From Candidatus Fraserbacteria bacterium (lineage in GTDB: Bacteria > Bipolaricaulota > Bipolaricaulia > RBG-16-55-9 > JANLFV01), in contig JBBIJD010000004.1 of the NCBI GenBank assembly GCA_037446135.1, positions 1 to 17,784 of the forward strand: 17,784 nt of DNA, read 5' to 3'. Shown here piece after piece: positions 14,920 to 17,784 of the stretch. The position numbers and the translations under genes are program-made. Each line of letters begins with the position of its first letter. Positions within the stretch are counted from its first letter, which is position 1. Below the pieces are notes generated by a model that did not search any database, was not told where the DNA came from, and was given only the letters and a program-made list of their open reading frames with translations.

Positions 14920-17598
14920 TCAAGCCAGGGGGAGGACCCCACGGACCACATCCTCCACCCGCTCCAGGGCGAACCCCCGTCGCTGGAGCATCTCGATGAT
15001 CACCTCGTTGTCGGGGAGCATCTCCGCGATGATCCGCTTGATCCCCCGTGCTCGGGCGATCTCGAGGCAATAGTCCGTGAGCAAGGTCCCTGCGCCCCGG
15101 CCTTGCCAGGGGTCCCCGACCACGACGGCCAGCTCGGCCTCCTCCAGGTCGGGGCCGCTCGTCAACCTCCCCACCCCGATGAGCCTTGGCCTTCCAGCCT
15201 CCTCCAGCTCGGCCACGATCGCCACTTCCCGCTCGTAGTCGATGAAGCAGTAACGGGTAGCGAACTCGTGGGTGATCTCGCCGATCTGAGAGAAGAAGCG
15301 GAACCGGATCGTCGCTTGAGAGAAGGTCGAGAGCATCTCATGCCAGAGGGGCTCATCCTCCGGCTTGATCGGCCTTAAGATGAGCGGGGCCCCGTCCTTC
15401 AGCCGCGCCTGGCGGACTAACTCCTCGGGATAAGGACGGATCGCGAGGTGACTGTAGGGCTTGACCCCCTGGGTCAGGGCGGCCTTATCGATCACTACCC
15501 TTGCATCGAGGGCCCAGGCCCCCTCCGGACTGATGAGCAGCGGGTTGATGTCCATCTCCTTGATCTCGGGGTAGTCCACCACGAGGTAGGAGAAGCGGAT
15601 CAGGACCTCCTTCAGGAGGTCGAGGTCCACCGCCGGGCGGCCGCGGAAGCCCTTCAGGACCTTATACCCCTTGATCGACTCGATCAAGCGCTGGGCTAGC
15701 CGCTCATTGAGCGGTGGGAGACCGACGGCCCGGTCCTGGAAGACCTCAGCGGCGATCCCGCCCATCCCAAAGAGGATGACCGCCCCGAAGGTCGGGTCCT
15801 TCTTCGCCCCGAGGATCACCTCATAGGCGTTCTCGGCTTTGATCATCCTCTGGACGGTCACCCCCTCGATCTGAGCTGAGGGCTCGGCCCGCTTCGCCCG
15901 TTCCACAATCTCCTGAAAGCCCTGGCGGACGGCCTCAGAGGAGTGGAGGTCGAGGAGCACCCCTCCGACATCGCTCTTATGGGTGATCTGGGGCGAGAGG
16001 AGCTTCAGCACCACGGGGTAGCCAATCCGCTCGGCCAGGGCCACGGCCTCCTCCGGGCTCCGGGCGGGATAAGGCTTAGCCACGGGGATCCCGTAGGTCT
16101 CGAGCAAGGACTTGGAGACCGTCTCCGAGAGGAGCTCGCGCCCTTCCATCATGATCAGGTCGAAGATCTCCTTGACCCGTCGCCGGTCGAGCTGGAAGTC
16201 CACGCGAATATCCTTCGGCGTCTCGTAGAGTAGCTCGAGATTCCGGCTATAGGAATACATGTAGGAGAAGGTCTTGACCGCCTGCTCCGGGGCGGCATAG
16301 GTCGGGATCCCCATCCTGTTGAGGAGCTCAACCCCTTCCTCTACGCTCTCCCCGCCCATCCAGGCCGCCAGGACCGGCTTGGGCGACTCCTTCGAGACAT
16401 GCACGACCTGCCGCGCCACACCTGTCGGATCGGTCATCGCCTGAGGAGTGAGGATGACGAGGACCCCGTCGACCTCTTGACCCTTGAGGACGATCTCCAA
16501 GGCCTGAGCATACCGCTCTGGAGAGGCATCCCCCAGGATGTCGATAGGGTTCCCATGGCTCCAATAGGGCGGGAGGAGCCGATTCAGCTCCTCCAGGGTC
16601 TGCGGGGCAAGGCTGGCCAGCTTCCCCCCGTATTTGAGGAGCGCGTCGGTGGCCATCACCCCCGGCCCGCCGGCGTTGGTGATGATCGCCAGGTTCGGCC
16701 CCTTGGGGTTCCGCTGCTTGGCGAGGATCTCGGCACAGTTGAAGAGGTCCTCGATCTCCTCGACCCGGACGATCCCTGCCCGCTGGAAGGCCGCGTCGTA
16801 GATGATATCTTCACCGGCAAGCGCGCCGGTATGGGAGGCCGCGGCCTGGGCCGCCTCGGGGGACCTCCCGGCTTTGACGACCACGATCGGCTTGGTCCGG
16901 GCGAAGGCCCGGGCCGCGCTCATGAACTTCCGGGCATTGGTGAGGCTCTCGATGTAGAGGAGGATGCTCCTCGTCCGGGGGTCCGAGCCGAAGTAGTCGA
17001 TCAGGTCCCCGAAGTCGACATCGATCATATCGCCGATCGAGACGAAGTGGCTGAAGCCGACCCCCTCGCGGAGGGACCAGTCGAGGATCGCGGTGCAGAG
17101 GGCCCCGGACTGGGAGATGAGGGCGATATTCCCCGGCTGGGGCATCGCGGCAGCGAAGGAGGCGTTCAGCCTGATATGGGGGGCGATCACTCCCAGGCAG
17201 TTCGGCCCGATGATCCGGACACCGTAGGGCCTGGCCCGCTTGAGGATCTCCTCCTCGAGCCGGCGACCCTCCTCGCCGATCTCCTTGAACCCCGCGGAGA
17301 TGATGATCACCCCCAGGACTCCAGCCTGGCCGCACTCCTCGACTAAATCCGGGACGGTCCGGGCCGGGGTGGCGATGATCGCGAGGTCGACCTGCTTGGG
17401 GATCGCCTTCAGGGAAGGGTAGGCCGCGATCCCCATCACGCTCTCCCGCTTGAGGTTCACTGGATAGACCACCCCAGCGAAGCCCGAGCCGATGAGGTTC
17501 TTTAGGACCGTATAGCCGACGCTCCCGGGATCATCGCTCGCCCCGACCACGGCGATCCGCCTCGGGGCGAAGATCCTCTCCAAGTTCCGGATGCTCAT
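14920..17598 (-). CDS. Acetate--CoA ligase (ADP-forming)-like protein fused to a C-terminal GNAT acetyltransferase (Pat/PatZ-type), 892 aa
   Basis: CoA-binding IAVVGAS, IIGPNCLG, SQSGAL, SHTGALAG, NAGGPGV, NPIDILGDA. ATP-grasp GYPVVLK, HKSDVGGV, DINPL. GNAT motif A WQGRGAG. SD GAGGAG. Confidence 0.92.
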   Translation of the reverse strand: MSIRNLERIFAPRRIAVVGASDDPGSVGYTVLKNLIGSGFAGVVYPVNLKRESVMGIAAYPSLKAIPKQVDLAIIATPARTVPDLVEECGQAGVLGVIIISAGFKEIGEEGRRLEEEILKRARPYGVRIIGPNCLGVIAPHIRLNASFAAAMPQPGNIALISQSGALCTAILDWSLREGVGFSHFVSIGDMIDVDFGDLIDYFGSDPRTRSILLYIESLTNARKFMSAARAFARTKPIVVVKAGRSPEAAQAAASHTGALAGEDIIYDAAFQRAGIVRVEEIEDLFNCAEILAKQRNPKGPNLAIITNAGGPGVMATDALLKYGGKLASLAPQTLEELNRLLPPYWSHGNPIDILGDASPERYAQALEIVLKGQEVDGVLVILTPQAMTDPTGVARQVVHVSKESPKPVLAAWMGGESVEEGVELLNRMGIPTYAAPEQAVKTFSYMYSYSRNLELLYETPKDIRVDFQLDRRRVKEIFDLIMMEGRELLSETVSKSLLETYGIPVAKPYPARSPEEAVALAERIGYPVVLKLLSPQITHKSDVGGVLLDLHSSEAVRQGFQEIVERAKRAEPSAQIEGVTVQRMIKAENAYEVILGAKKDPTFGAVILFGMGGIAAEVFQDRAVGLPPLNERLAQRLIESIKGYKVLKGFRGRPAVDLDLLKEVLIRFSYLVVDYPEIKEMDINPLLISPEGAWALDARVVIDKAALTQGVKPYSHLAIRPYPEELVRQARLKDGAPLILRPIKPEDEPLWHEMLSTFSQATIRFRFFSQIGEITHEFATRYCFIDYEREVAIVAELEEAGRPRLIGVGRLTSGPDLEEAELAVVVGDPWQGRGAGTLLTDYCLEIARARGIKRIIAEMLPDNEVIIEMLQRRGFALERVEDVVRGVLPLA

Positions 17599-17615
17599 CT
17601 CCTCTCCTCAGTTTG

Positions 17616-17656
17616 ATTCTACCTAAGCCCCTCCCCAAGGGCCATGATCTAGATCA
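17616..17656 (-). promoter_or_regulatory. Putative promoter of the Pat-like gene with a palindromic CRP/FNR-family-like site
   Basis: -10 TAGAAT (17621-17616), no recognisable -35, and a perfect palindrome TGATCTAGATCA at 17645-17656. Confidence 0.5.
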
Positions 17657-17668
17657 GGTCAGGTTGGG

Positions 17669-17697
17669 TTGACTCCAGCCCAGCCGGGCGCTAAAAT
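17669..17697 (+). promoter_or_regulatory. Sigma70-type promoter of tRNA-Val
   Basis: TTGACT (17669-17674), 17 bp, TAAAAT (17692-17697), ending 8 nt before the mature tRNA 5' end. Confidence 0.75.
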
Positions 17698-17705
17698 AAC
17701 TTTCA

Positions 17706-17780
17706 GGGCGAATGGCTCAGTGGGAGAGCGCCTGCTTCACACGCAGGAGGTCGCAGGTTCAAATCCTGCTTCGCCCACCA
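17706..17780 (+). tRNA. tRNA-Val (anticodon CAC)
   Basis: Full cloverleaf: acceptor GGGCGAA/TTCGCCC, D-stem GCTC/GAGC, anticodon stem CCTGC/GCAGG with loop TTCACAC, T-arm GCAGG-TTCAAAT-CCTGC, discriminator A, encoded CCA. 75 nt. Confidence 0.97.
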
Positions 17781-17784
17781 AGCC

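Noticed and set aside
15103..17422. ORFs overlapping the Pat-like gene (e.g. 16399-17346 +, 16811-17335 -)
   Set aside because: Shadow or alternate-frame ORFs with no independent support.
1..17784. CRISPR arrays, transposases, integrases, tandem repeats, defence systems
   Set aside because: None seen. Nearly all sequence is accounted for by recognisable genes and short intergenic regions.

Overview
High-GC prokaryotic (bacterial-type) window with no mobile element or CRISPR array. Most of it (305-12754, minus strand) is one tightly coupled 11-gene catabolic operon: XRE-cupin regulator, two-subunit ATP-dependent hydantoinase/oxoprolinase-family enzyme (A and B), DUF3830-like protein, M24 Xaa-Pro peptidase, complete Dpp/Opp-type ABC transporter, and a TatD-family hydrolase. 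Downstream, the 5' end of a glycyl-radical-enzyme activating (radical SAM) gene runs off the left edge; the ORF track missed it. The operon and this activase gene have near-duplicate sigma70 promoters (25/31 identical) with the same SD-less spacing to the start codon. On the right are a divergent folB-folK-RNase E/G operon, whose RNase stops just before the Zn-link, and a convergent acyl-CoA ligase-GNAT (Pat-like) fusion with a CRP/FNR-like palindrome upstream. A tRNA-Val(CAC) ends the window. The best candidate for an undescribed system is the operon itself: uptake and ATP-driven ring opening of a cyclic or N-blocked peptide-like amide (e.g. Pro-containing diketopiperazines or pyroglutamyl peptides), possibly feeding a glycyl-radical enzyme. 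Family calls come from motifs recognised by eye. Substrate and regulatory assignments are inference.
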